Position numbers and translations under genes: made by a program. A DNA stretch of 64,000 bases from a virus. This document shows, one piece after another, positions 19,727 to 29,603 of this stretch (its first letter is position 1; each line of letters starts with the position of its first letter). The notes under the pieces are model-generated. The model was not told the DNA's origin. It ran no database searches and was given only the letters and a program-made list of their open reading frames with translations. The stretch spans positions 1-64,000 of IMG/VR virus record IMGVR_UViG_3300027902_000155; one strand, given 5' to 3'.

Positions 19727-20010
19727 CTGCTACACTAGACGAGATACAGTTCTTACTCGACTGCGAAGCGATGTACTCAGAGAAGGGAGAGGCGCACCTC
19801 ACCTTTGTCTCCATATCGAGGGATGAAGAGAAGATCGACGAAGAGCAAGCCAAGCGCATGCTCTTCGAGTGTCTTTCTGACCCCCGGTACAAGCTGGTCA
19901 AGGAGTGGCGCCACGACCAGCTGGTCGCCTGTCACAGACACATGAATGACAAGGTGCCCGGTCCGTGGACAGCACCGCCGATGCCTAAGGAGTGGGAGGA
20001 CCCCAAATGA
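19723..20010 (+). CDS. hypothetical protein
   Basis: ATGA overlap, phage codon usage. Confidence 0.5.
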   Translation: MTATLDEIQFLLDCEAMYSEKGEAHLTFVSISRDEEKIDEEQAKRMLFECLSDPRYKLVKEWRHDQLVACHRHMNDKVPGPWTAPPMPKEWEDPK

Positions 20011-20345
20011 ACGAAGATAGATTGTTGAAGAGACTAACGACGAAGATCAAGGAGCGTCGCAGAGATATAGCAGAAATTCCGTTTGGACTTGCTGCGAGTG
20101 CCGAGGATGCCAACCTCGGCATCGCGGGCCTGGTCCGTGAACTTTACTGGATCTTCAAGGACGAGAACGCGCGGCCGTACTACGAACTGTCGTTCGATGC
20201 TGCATCTATGTGCTACGGCGTCATACTCCACAGGTCCTGCGGCACGCGACACATCGCGCTCGTTTCAGACAAGACAGGCGGAGAGACCATCGTCAAAGAG
20301 CTGAACCTCTTACTCGACAAGCTCGATCCGCAGCATGATCTTTGA
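20007..20345 (+). CDS. hypothetical protein
   Basis: GGAGG RBS, ATGA overlap. Confidence 0.5.
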   Translation: MNEDRLLKRLTTKIKERRRDIAEIPFGLAASAEDANLGIAGLVRELYWIFKDENARPYYELSFDAASMCYGVILHRSCGTRHIALVSDKTGGETIVKELNLLLDKLDPQHDL

Positions 20346-20583
20346 GCGCAGCAACGAGGACGAGTACAAGCGCTGGTTCGCCTGGCGCCCCGTCATACTG
20401 TACGGGCCCGAGGAGTGGGACCGCGAAAAGATGACCGGCTCGTATCCTCGCGTGGTCTGGCTGTGCTGGGTCTGGAGGATGCGACACCGGCCGAGGACCT
20501 ACTACGCCCTGGGCGACTACTGGGAAGCAGAGCGCCAGGCAGAAGAACACAAGGAACCGTATAAGCATGACCCAGCTGTTTGA
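20335..20583 (+). CDS. hypothetical protein
   Basis: WFAWRPV...VWLCWV.R pattern seen in small phage proteins. Confidence 0.5.
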   Translation: MIFERSNEDEYKRWFAWRPVILYGPEEWDREKMTGSYPRVVWLCWVWRMRHRPRTYYALGDYWEAERQAEEHKEPYKHDPAV

Positions 20584-21442
20584 CGTACTCAAGCCAGAGC
20601 GACTGACGTCTATCGTCGACGTCGGGGCGCATCCCGTCGATGGCGCGCCGGTATATGCCGGCATGCTGCAGCAGGGCTACTGCGACGTGATCGGGTTCGA
20701 GCCGCAGCTAGACGGCCTGTCCGAGCTGACCGCAAAGAAGACACCGCACGAGACCTACCTGCCCTACTGCCTAGGCACCGGTAGCTCTGCCGTTCTAAAA
20801 GTATGCAGCGTGCCCGGCATGACCAGCCTACTGGAGCCGGATCCGGCCAGACTCAAGCTGTTCAAGAACTTTGAGGCGTGGGGGTCGGTGGTGAGGCGAC
20901 AGGGCGTCCAGACAAAGCGGCTGGACGACGTCGAGGAGATAGTCAACATGGACCTGCTGCGGATGGACGTGCAGGGATCAGAGCTGGCCATCATGCAGGG
21001 AGGGCTAAGTAAGCTACGCGACGTCGTCGCGGTGCATCTCGAGGTGTCGTTCGTCCCCCTCTACAAGAACCAGCCGTGCTTCGGCGAGCTTGACGTCTTC
21101 CTGCGGGGATTCGGGTTCATTCCTCACCTGTTCTCGACGATCAAGGGCTGCATGCTCAATCCGATGTCTGACCAGATAAAGGAGGTATATACTCCGTCTA
21201 AGCAGCTACTCGAGGCCGACGTCCTGTACGTCCGCGACTTCAATGTATGGGAGGTACTACCGACCGAATCACTGAAGCACCTGGCCATGCTCGGGCACTA
21301 CTGCTTCGGCAACGACTCCATCGACCTCGTCGTGCGCTGCCTGACAGAGCTGGTGTCTCGCGTCGATAGCGGAGTCGTAGTTCCCCCGGACAGTCCGTTC
21401 CTTACCTGGATCAAACAGGCCGATCTGTACGGTCCTAAATAG
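20567..21442 (+). CDS. FkbM-family methyltransferase
   Basis: IVDVGA, VIGFEP, LRMDVQGSEL, EVSFVPLYKNQP. Confidence 0.88.
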   Translation: MTQLFDVLKPERLTSIVDVGAHPVDGAPVYAGMLQQGYCDVIGFEPQLDGLSELTAKKTPHETYLPYCLGTGSSAVLKVCSVPGMTSLLEPDPARLKLFKNFEAWGSVVRRQGVQTKRLDDVEEIVNMDLLRMDVQGSELAIMQGGLSKLRDVVAVHLEVSFVPLYKNQPCFGELDVFLRGFGFIPHLFSTIKGCMLNPMSDQIKEVYTPSKQLLEADVLYVRDFNVWEVLPTESLKHLAMLGHYCFGNDSIDLVVRCLTELVSRVDSGVVVPPDSPFLTWIKQADLYGPK

Positions 21443-21445
21443 TGC

Positions 21446-22858
21446 ATGCGCACCATCGCCGCCGTCATGCTCCTCGTCCTGTCCGTAACTGCTGCGGGAG
21501 CATCAGACGCTGACCAGGTGAAGTCGGTGATCGCTGCGGTACGCGCAGGCAGACTAGACGACGCAGACGCGTCGGCCAAGCCGATCAAGGACCCCACGTA
21601 CTGGAAACTTGCTCAGTGGCTGATCCTGCGCGCCGACACCGTAGCACCGCGACCCGAGCGCTTTCGCGCGTTCCTCATCGGCTCTCCTGACTGGCCGCAC
21701 CGGAGACTGTTCGAGTACCGGGCATCGGGCACGCGCCCTCCCGCGCCGGTCATCGACGCGTGGGTGGCGCGCCGGCTCAGGGTGCGCGAGCTCCTGGACG
21801 CCAGAGACTATCGGGGAGCCTACCAGCTGACGGTCGACACGCCTGCCCCGCGCGCAGAGAACCACCGGATCGACTGGGACTTCACGGCCGGCTGGATAGC
21901 CCTGAGGTACCTCGGATCGCCAGGCCTCGCGGAGGCGCACTTCGACCGGATGGCCCGCGACACCGTCAATCCCCACGCACTAGCACGAGCCGGGTACTGG
22001 CTAGGGCGCACCGCCGACGCCCTCCTAAACTTCGATATGGCCAGAAAGTATCGCGAGGATGCTGCTGCTTATCCATCTACCTATTACGGTCAATTAGCAC
22101 GGACCTACATAGGTCTACCGATGACCGTTCCTCCATTGCCTAGGCCAGACAAGGAATCGTCGATAGGAATGCGTGAAGTTCTGCAAGGAGTCGGCCTGCT
22201 GTATGAGCTCAATGAGCCTGAGGTGGTAAGTATGATCTGTGCTGAGTTAGGCGAGTCCTCGTCAGATGCTGCCGGATTACTCGCCCTAAGCAAACTCGCA
22301 ATCGAGAACAGAGACGGTCGATCATTACTGCTGTTAGGTAAGGGCGCCTACTCCCGTGGCTTATCGTTCGACAGATATGCATTTCCACAGTTTGGCTTGC
22401 CACAGTATACTCCAATAGCCAAGCCAATCCCGCCTGAATTGACATATGCCATCGCACGAACGGAGTCACATTTTAGTCAAAAGGTGCTCAGCACTGCTAA
22501 GGCCGTTGGTTTGATGCAGGTGACGGCAGCTGCGGGAGAGGATACTGCTAGACGTGCTCGTGTAATCTATGATTGGAACAGACTAGTAAACGATTCCCAG
22601 TACAACATGGCGATGGGCGCAGCTGAGCTTTCGTTCCTCTTAACAGAATATAAGGGGGACCTTCTGCTCACCGCAGCCGGATACAATGCTGGCCGTACTA
22701 GGGTAAGGCAGTGGATAGCAGCTTATGGTGACCCAAGGGATCCTAAGGTAGACAGGACTGATTGGGTAGAAAGGATACCGATTTCTGAAACGCGTAACTA
22801 TCTGCAGAGGATAACAGAATCAGTCGCCGTCTATAAATATCTGATGGAAGGAAATTGA
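21446..22858 (+). CDS. soluble lytic murein transglycosylase (Slt70-like, shortened) with signal peptide
   Basis: IARTESHF, AVGLMQV, YNAG, WVERIPISETRNY. Confidence 0.9.
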   Translation: MRTIAAVMLLVLSVTAAGASDADQVKSVIAAVRAGRLDDADASAKPIKDPTYWKLAQWLILRADTVAPRPERFRAFLIGSPDWPHRRLFEYRASGTRPPAPVIDAWVARRLRVRELLDARDYRGAYQLTVDTPAPRAENHRIDWDFTAGWIALRYLGSPGLAEAHFDRMARDTVNPHALARAGYWLGRTADALLNFDMARKYREDAAAYPSTYYGQLARTYIGLPMTVPPLPRPDKESSIGMREVLQGVGLLYELNEPEVVSMICAELGESSSDAAGLLALSKLAIENRDGRSLLLLGKGAYSRGLSFDRYAFPQFGLPQYTPIAKPIPPELTYAIARTESHFSQKVLSTAKAVGLMQVTAAAGEDTARRARVIYDWNRLVNDSQYNMAMGAAELSFLLTEYKGDLLLTAAGYNAGRTRVRQWIAAYGDPRDPKVDRTDWVERIPISETRNYLQRITESVAVYKYLMEGN

Positions 22859-22861
22859 TCA

Positions 22862-23382
22862 ATGCCCTACCATCTTTACATCAAGACACACCGGCAGACA
22901 GGACTCAAGTATCTCGGTCAGACATCCCAAGACCCATTCAAATACAACGGTTCAGGTAAGTACTGGAATCAACATCTCAGAGTCCATGGCGACGACATTC
23001 ATACCGAAATTGATAGCATTCATGAAACTTTAGAGAGTCTACGCAAGCGGGGTCTAGAACTCTCGAAACAGCATGATGTAGTCAACTCATTGGACTGGGC
23101 CAATCTGACACCTGAGGCAGGAGATGGAATAGCGCCCGGCAGTACTTGGAATCTATCTGAAGTAACTAAACATAAAATAAGTTTAGCACTGGGGGGCGTA
23201 AATTATCTGAAGAACATCGAAAGAAAACCATTCTTGCCCTCAAAAATCGACCGTCTCCGTCTAAAGAAACCCGACAAAAAATACGTCTAGCACTTATAGG
23301 TAGATCTCGTTCAGAAGAAATCAAACAGAAAATTAGTCTAGGACGTCGAGAACAGATCAAACAAAAGGCCCAGCGAAAGTAG
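22862..23382 (+). pseudogene. GIY-YIG homing endonuclease with a frameshift at the G6 run (23191-23196)
   Basis: LYIKTH..GLKYLGQT, YNGSG; NUMOD3 repeats (SEEHRKK, SKETRQKI, SEEIKQKIS) continue in the -1 frame to TAG at 23380-23382. Confidence 0.7.
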
Positions 23383-24093
23383 AATTACTAGACTTAGGGA
23401 AAATCATGGCTAGTCGATACCCATTCTATAACGACTTCTGTGATCCTAACTCTGCCTCTAGGCCCCAGATGCGCCGGACGAGCAGTACCACCCTTGACAT
23501 GCACTAGGCCATAGGAGAAACTCAGTGAAGACGATGACTAAAGAGGCATACGGCGCGCTCGATCTATACAAGGGACACCACGACGCCGTTCCCGAGACAT
23601 ACTACCGGCTCACGTACGCCGCCCCGACCGTGATCTGCGTCCACGCCCAGACCGCCCCCGACAAGTTCGACATGACCCTCGAGTTGGTGGAGCTGACGTG
23701 ATGCCCCAGTACTACTGCCCCTACTGCGACCACGAGTGGGAGGGAGAGGCCGGCGCGACCTGCCCGACCTGCCACGCCCCGGACCAGTTCGCCGTCTGAG
23801 CGGCCGCCGAGACCAAACAGGCATCGGCAGAGGAAGTCAGGCGGCGACTCGAGCGCGCGATCGCGTCAGCCAAGCCGTTCTGATAAGTAGCGAACCATAA
23901 AAGAATAGTATCTGACGCGACGCGCCAAAAGATGAGCACGACACAGAAAGCCCGGCGAGCTGCTGAGAAGTCTCGCTGGACCGGTGCACTTAGCCAGGGT
24001 AGCCCCTCAAAAAATGATCCGGTGGAAACTGGAGATCAGGCGGTTGGCTAAACTACTGAGCGGCTAGCCATCAAAAGTGCAAACTCGGCACTC

Positions 24094-24363
24094 TCATGCT
24101 TTCAACCATGCGCGAGTCCGGCCCCAAGTCCGCCGGCCGTCCGGGAGTACTACCATAGTCCTACCCGATGCTATGCGGGACAGTCGGACTCGGACGTCGT
24201 GCCGGCGCGCCGGATTCTCGTCCCCGAACAGACGAGGCAGGAAGTGCCTGGCGGTGCTCTCGAAGTATCCCTTAGCACGCAGCGTCTCCATAGACTTGCG
24301 CGAGCGCTCGGAGCGCTTCCGTGCTGCTTCTTCGCCGGGCGTGAGTCTGTAGCGTCTGGTCAT
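24094..24363 (-). CDS. basic hypothetical protein
   Basis: ATG 4 nt after late promoter GATAAATA on minus strand. Confidence 0.5.
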   Translation of the reverse strand: MTRRYRLTPGEEAARKRSERSRKSMETLRAKGYFESTARHFLPRLFGDENPARRHDVRVRLSRIASGRTMVVLPDGRRTWGRTRAWLKA

Positions 24364-24387
24364 GAGGTATTTATCGAGGGGCGGCCG

Positions 24388-24491
24388 GTTGCACCAGAGC
24401 ACCGGTGCAACTCGACCGTCGCCGGGTTGCAACTGCGCTCGAGTGCAACTGGGGGTTGATTGACTAATATTCAGTTCTATGATAAGATCTA
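24388..24491 (+). promoter_or_regulatory. early promoter with upstream GTTGCA/TGCAAC inverted repeats
   Basis: GTTGCACC-8-GGTGCAAC, GTTGCAAC-8-AGTGCAAC, then TTGACT-17-TAAGAT. Confidence 0.75.
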
Positions 24492-24497
24492 GGTACG

Positions 24498-24809
24498 ATG
24501 GAAAACGTACTCAGACCAAACCGCGTCTCTTCGCGCCACTTCACCTACAAGTCGGGCTCTCGGCACTTCGTTACCGAGCTCTCGACCCTCGAGTGGCACT
24601 CGAGCCAGAACCACTCGGTGTTCGGACCCGTCTACGCAGACGCCTGCGACGAGGGCCTCACCGTGGTCTCCGAGAAGACCGGGGGCGAGGCGGTGTTCGC
24701 CGTCGCTGCTCACGAGCACGACCGAGAGGGCGACCTGGTCGCTCACCACCTGGTCTGCGTGTGGCCGAAGAGCCTGCGCGACCTGACGATGACGATATTC
24801 AATGACTAA
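24498..24809 (+). CDS. hypothetical early protein
   Basis: ORF 9 nt after -10 box. Confidence 0.6.
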   Translation: MENVLRPNRVSSRHFTYKSGSRHFVTELSTLEWHSSQNHSVFGPVYADACDEGLTVVSEKTGGEAVFAVAAHEHDREGDLVAHHLVCVWPKSLRDLTMTIFND

Positions 24810-25035
24810 GCTCGAGCTCCGTACAGAGGCGCGCTTCCTCGTCGCCGACTACCTGGCGACCAGACGAGTCACCGCCTGCCCCGCCGGCAGACACGCCGCC
24901 GAGTGCTCCTACAACGGCCGACTTACCGCTAGGATGGCCTCGGCGTCCGTAGCCGACTGCAGCGCCAAGCAGGCGTTCAACCGAGCGCGCTTCGGCGGCG
25001 TCCAGTTCAGGCGCCACGGACGTACCGCAGCCTGA
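24802..25035 (+). CDS. hypothetical early protein
   Basis: overlaps upstream stop; phage codon usage. Confidence 0.55.
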   Translation: MTKLELRTEARFLVADYLATRRVTACPAGRHAAECSYNGRLTARMASASVADCSAKQAFNRARFGGVQFRRHGRTAA

Positions 25036-25100
25036 GTTGCACTCAGACAGAGTGCAACCTCCGGTTTATTGACAAGTAACCCGAACCGTGATAAGATCTA
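25036..25100 (+). promoter_or_regulatory. early promoter with upstream inverted repeat
   Basis: GTTGCACTC-5-GAGTGCAAC then TTGACA-17-TAAGAT. Confidence 0.75.
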
Positions 25101-25106
25101 GAGACG

Positions 25107-25448
25107 ATGGAAAATCAACTCAAGTACGCTGACCTCGCCGACATATTCGCCGGCCTCGCCCGACTAGACGTCGACGACCTCCGCGCCGTCAACGCCGCCG
25201 CCGTCGCCCGCATCAGGCACGCCAACGCCCTGGCCCGCTTCAACTTCTCCGTGGGCGACCGCGTGAAGTTCACCGACCGCAGGACCGGCACCGACCACGA
25301 CGGCTTCGTCGTCAAGATCGGCCGCTCCAAGGTGCAGGTCAAGACCGCGACCACTCGTTGGGTCTGCTCGCCGACCCTCCTGAGGAGGAGCGCGGCTATG
25401 GCTGATGTTCGAGACAATAAGCAGAGTTGGGATGACGCGGCACGGTAA
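25107..25448 (+). CDS. hypothetical early protein (SH3/KOW-like C-terminal domain)
   Basis: FSVGDRVKF..G.VVKIG..W.CSPTLL. Confidence 0.6.
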   Translation: MENQLKYADLADIFAGLARLDVDDLRAVNAAAVARIRHANALARFNFSVGDRVKFTDRRTGTDHDGFVVKIGRSKVQVKTATTRWVCSPTLLRRSAAMADVRDNKQSWDDAAR

Positions 25449-26330
25449 CGTGATACGCACTCGGGCGAAGGACTCCGATGATAGGATCGCCCTACGACTT
25501 CTTGGGCATTTCGGAAATGTTCCAAGCATCCCATTCATATCTAAGGAGCTCGATTCCTGCGCAAGCCGGATGGGGCCGGAGATGATGGGGGTTGATGGGA
25601 AAAACCTATTGATCCGGCCCCTCCACTTAAAAAGGAAAAGATATGGTCAAATGGTATGCGCTAACGTTTCTCGTAATCGGGATAGGATTGATTGCCCCGT
25701 CTAGATCCGCAGGCGAGTTTGGCTTGCCGCTCTATGCTCTCGCCGGATGGGCAAGTCTCATAATCGGCGTTAGCTGGTTTGGGATTCTTGTTTTCATCCG
25801 TCTATGATGGGTTGGCTCTCGATTGGCTTATGAAACAGGAGGGTCAAAAGATATTCGTCTGCCTGATATAGTCTATCAAAACATCAGTCGTATGCGGACG
25901 CTTACCGGCTGGTTTCGATCCATTGACAACGGGATTGTCGTCAATGGGTATGCAGACAGGCGGCTCAAGGGTGAGCTTCTTCAGGATACCGAAGATTGGC
26001 ATGAAGAAGATAAGCTTCCGCAGCCGGCGTCTTTCTTTAATTTTCTAAAATGGATGATCTATTCGAAGCATTTTGACTGGTCATCTATCGGTGTTTCGGA
26101 CGACGGAAATATATTGATTGCGTGGTCGCGACCAAATTTGGCTCTGACGGCAAACTTTTCGGTTGAAAATAAAGTGACATGGACGGCTGCCGTGGAAACC
26201 GAAAACGGTCCCGCTCATGCCGTTGGGACGTGTTCGCTTCAACATTTCAAAAAGCAAGCGCTGTTTTACCTCGATCAGGATGCTAGCGCGTGAGCGTCAT
26301 TAATATCCCAGCCCTGTACGGCGTCCATCC
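25398..26330 (+). other. compositionally foreign segment with a small membrane ORF (25643-25807) and a bacterial-like ORF (25823-26293)
   Basis: abrupt drop in GC and change of codon style relative to flanks; boundaries approximate. Confidence 0.5.
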
Positions 26331-26965
26331 CGAAGACCTGAAGAGAGAACCATGACCGTCGGAGACTTCCCGATTCCCCCCGGCTACGTCTGGAGCGACG
26401 CCTGGGGATGGCACTATGCCGGTCCCCCCGACGAACGGTACACCGCGAACACGGTCGTCCAGTTCTACGGAGACGAGTATCCGCTGATCGAGCCGCGTCT
26501 CCAGAAGTTACTCGAGATAGCCGAGGCCGCCCTGGCCGAAGCCGTGGTCCTCTGCGGAACCGGCTCGTTCTGGCGCTGCGCGTACTGCGGTGAGATCGAC
26601 ATGAGTCCCGACGACGGCTCCTTCCCCCCACGAGAGCGACTGTCCCACGAGAGAGATGAACAGATGAAGATGAAGAAGGTAGTGGGCGGACTGATGCTGG
26701 CCTCACCGGTCCTGGCCCTGTTTGCGGAAAAGGCCTATCTCAAGTATCGAGACGAGGTAGAGGCCTACCTCAAGTCTGAGGGTATGGAATGACGACTGCA
26801 AAACTACAGAACGTGACTTACCCAGCCTTCTATGGCTGGAACTCAGCGGCATGGAATTATGCCTGGATCGAGTGCAATGACGCATCTCGATTGGCCGTGT
26901 TCTACATGCTGGACGTGCCGATCAATCGTCATGCTCGAGAACTGGCAAAAGACGAAATTAAAAGG

Positions 26966-27110
26966 TTGACTACTTTTTAGATCTGTGATAAGATCTAACC
27001 ACGATCAAACCGGGGCGCTGCCCCAGATGGAGACTACACTATGACTGTCTTGAAGGCGCAGGTTTCTGCGTTTCCCGAGTACGATGCGCGCATCGCGGCC
27101 CTCGAAGCCG
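26966..27110 (+). repeat. promoter + stem-loop + ORF-start module, copy 1
   Basis: TTGACT-17-TAAGAT, GGGGC/GCCCC hairpin, GGAGA RBS; 22-nt exact match 27089-27110 to 31580-31601. Confidence 0.8.
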
Positions 27111-27313
27111 AGAACAAGGCCCTTCGCGCTTCCCAGGCCTCTTCACTCAAGTTGAAGGTCTCGCCGAAGGGCGCGATCTCGATCTACGGACTGGCCCGCT
27201 TCCCCGTCACCCTCTACCGTGGCCAGATGGAGCGGCTTCTCGAGTCGACGGACGCCATCCGGGCGTTCATCAAGGCCAACGAGGCCACCCTCTCCGTGAA
27301 GGCCGCTGCCTAG
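27041..27313 (+). CDS. conserved phage hypothetical protein
   Basis: coiled coil followed by LKVSPKGAISIYGLARFPVTLY. Confidence 0.7.
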   Translation: MTVLKAQVSAFPEYDARIAALEAENKALRASQASSLKLKVSPKGAISIYGLARFPVTLYRGQMERLLESTDAIRAFIKANEATLSVKAAA

Positions 27314-27325
27314 CCGGCTATACTC

Positions 27326-29599
27326 ATGCGCACTGACCAATACCTGCGCCGGACGTCTCAGACGTCCGGTGTTACCCCGTGTGACCGTCTCGCCCTATAT
27401 CTCTGGGACGAAGCAGCCTTCCCTAACGAAGCAAAATTCGGCGAACGCTGGGTCAAGGCCGGCGAGGATATCGAGAAAGATGTCGGCGTCCGCATCCGTG
27501 GGTCTGTCGGCGTCCGTAAGGATAAGGTCGATACTGGCGAGATCAGACTGAGAGCAGTCTGGGATGTGAGTGCACTGGCCGAAGAAGTCGATCGGTTCTA
27601 TACGCACTCGCGTATGGACGACTACATCCGTCCAGCGATCGGCCACCGCAAGAGTCCAACCAGCGAGGTCCATCTGCTCCCGTGGGAAGAGTGCAAGTTG
27701 CGGGTAGACCGCTACCTGGCCAAACAGAGGCAGCCGCTTCCGGTGGTGCACCTCAGTGCACTCCAGGCATCTGAGCTCGAAGACATACTGCGAGTGATCA
27801 AGGCAGGCAAGCGAGTCATCGCGGCCGAGCTCTGTGCTCGCTTCGGCAAGACTATCTGGGCAGGCGCGCTCGTCATCGAGTCACAGCGACCTCTAACGGT
27901 CATCGCGAGTTACGTGCTGTCGTCCTTCAAGTCCTTCCAAAAGGACCTGAGCGGCTTCGAGCAGTTCAAGAATTTAATCATGGTTGACACGGCCCATGAT
28001 GACTACCAGGACAGGATCGACGAGGCCCTTCGCGACGGCAAGCAGGTCGTCGCGTTCCTGTCGATGTGCAACGGCAGACTCCGCCGGCACAAACTCGACT
28101 ACCTCTTCGGCAAGCGCGTCCCGCGACTAGTCGTGGTAGACGAGGCCGACTTCGGCATGCACCAGCCTGGACAGGCCAAGGCGCTGATCGCTGCGACGAG
28201 AACCGTCGATGCGATCGTGCTCATGACCGGCACTAACATGGACAAAGCAGTCGGACTATGGATGCCCGACTATATGACCTCGGTCGTGTATCCCGAACTG
28301 ATCATGGAGAAGCGAACGACTCGCGAGTCCTACCACACGACCCTTAAGAAGTTTACCGTCGACCCTTCTCGTCACCAACTCTATGTCGACGTCGAGTTCT
28401 ATCAGATGGGACTCGCCCGAGTCGTCGAATGGGCGCATGCAAACGACCCCGGAGCATTCCGAGACGACGGCGCCTACCTGCCGTCCTGGACCAAGTTCGC
28501 TGCAGACCCAGTCCGAGCCAAGGGCTTCTGGACGCGGATGCTGCAGGCCGTGTTCGAGGGCAAGCACTCCTGGGACGAGTTGAACGTCGACTACCAGATC
28601 AAGCGCTCGTCTAAGGACGGGCAGCGCGTCGCTATGATGTTCCTGCCCGGCTCGACTACCAACGTCAATCTTACAGAGGCAGCGGCACTCGCTCAGGCTG
28701 CACTTCCGGCATTCCGAGTCGTCCCCATCTATGGTGACACCATGACCAACGGCACCGCCGAGGACAAGGTGCACGAAGAGATCGAGAAGGCACAGGCCGG
28801 CCCGGTGCTGCTCCTGAGCGCGGGCATGGCCCAGCGCAGCTTCTCGGTCGGCGCGATCACCGAACTCTACCTCGCCTATGACAGCGGCGACTGCGGCGCG
28901 ACCGTCCAGAAGATAAGCCGAGCGTTGACGCCGGACCAGGTCGGAAAGATCGGTCGGATCGTCAGCCTCAGCTTCGACCCCAACCGCGACGATAAGTTCG
29001 ACGCGATGCTGCTCGAGACTGCCATGAACTACAAGCGGACACACGCCGTCGCGACCCTCAAGCAGTCGCTGGCCGCGGTGATCAGCACCATCGACCTCTT
29101 TAGCTGCTCGCAGGACGGGCGCGTGAGGGTCGAGTCTGACCCCTACCTGGCAGAGGCGCTCGAGCGCAAGTCGATCGAACGTGTGATCGGCAAGGTAGCG
29201 GACCTGACCCTGCTGACCGACGATCAGGTCCAAGAACTGGCCGCTGGGGCGATAAACGTCGCAGGCATGACCAAGCAGGACCCTGCCGACAAGGGCAAGA
29301 CTCGCCTGACCCCTCAGAAGAAAAAGAAGGGCAAGGCAACCCCGGCGATGGCCAAGCTCGCCGCCAGGGCACGCGAGATGATCACGACTGTCGTCGAGAA
29401 CGTCGACGTCCTGATCTACGGAACCGGAACGGACAGCGTCCCCAAGGCACTCGTAAAGATCGCCAAGGACAGGGAACTGCGAGACTCGGTCGAGAACAAG
29501 TTCGGCATGCGGTTCGCTACCCTCAGCTACCTCTTCAGCGCCGGGGTGATCAACGCAGACGTCCTTGAGCTGACCATTGACAACATGAAGAAGAAGTGA
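27326..29599 (+). CDS. SF2 (DEAD-like) helicase, restriction-enzyme R-subunit-like, with possible N-terminal nuclease domain
   Basis: ELCARFGKT (Walker A), VVDEADFG (motif II), MTGT (III), QKISRALT (VI). Confidence 0.75.
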   Translation: MRTDQYLRRTSQTSGVTPCDRLALYLWDEAAFPNEAKFGERWVKAGEDIEKDVGVRIRGSVGVRKDKVDTGEIRLRAVWDVSALAEEVDRFYTHSRMDDYIRPAIGHRKSPTSEVHLLPWEECKLRVDRYLAKQRQPLPVVHLSALQASELEDILRVIKAGKRVIAAELCARFGKTIWAGALVIESQRPLTVIASYVLSSFKSFQKDLSGFEQFKNLIMVDTAHDDYQDRIDEALRDGKQVVAFLSMCNGRLRRHKLDYLFGKRVPRLVVVDEADFGMHQPGQAKALIAATRTVDAIVLMTGTNMDKAVGLWMPDYMTSVVYPELIMEKRTTRESYHTTLKKFTVDPSRHQLYVDVEFYQMGLARVVEWAHANDPGAFRDDGAYLPSWTKFAADPVRAKGFWTRMLQAVFEGKHSWDELNVDYQIKRSSKDGQRVAMMFLPGSTTNVNLTEAAALAQAALPAFRVVPIYGDTMTNGTAEDKVHEEIEKAQAGPVLLLSAGMAQRSFSVGAITELYLAYDSGDCGATVQKISRALTPDQVGKIGRIVSLSFDPNRDDKFDAMLLETAMNYKRTHAVATLKQSLAAVISTIDLFSCSQDGRVRVESDPYLAEALERKSIERVIGKVADLTLLTDDQVQELAAGAINVAGMTKQDPADKGKTRLTPQKKKKGKATPAMAKLAARAREMITTVVENVDVLIYGTGTDSVPKALVKIAKDRELRDSVENKFGMRFATLSYLFSAGVINADVLELTIDNMKKK

Positions 29600-29603
29600 T
29601 AAG

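Noticed and set aside
24388-25058. NtrC enhancer or sigma54 promoter for the TGCAC/GTGCA repeats
   Set aside because: Half-site spacing is longer than the NtrC GCAC-N7-GTGC site, no -24 GG element was identified, and the associated promoters are sigma70-type
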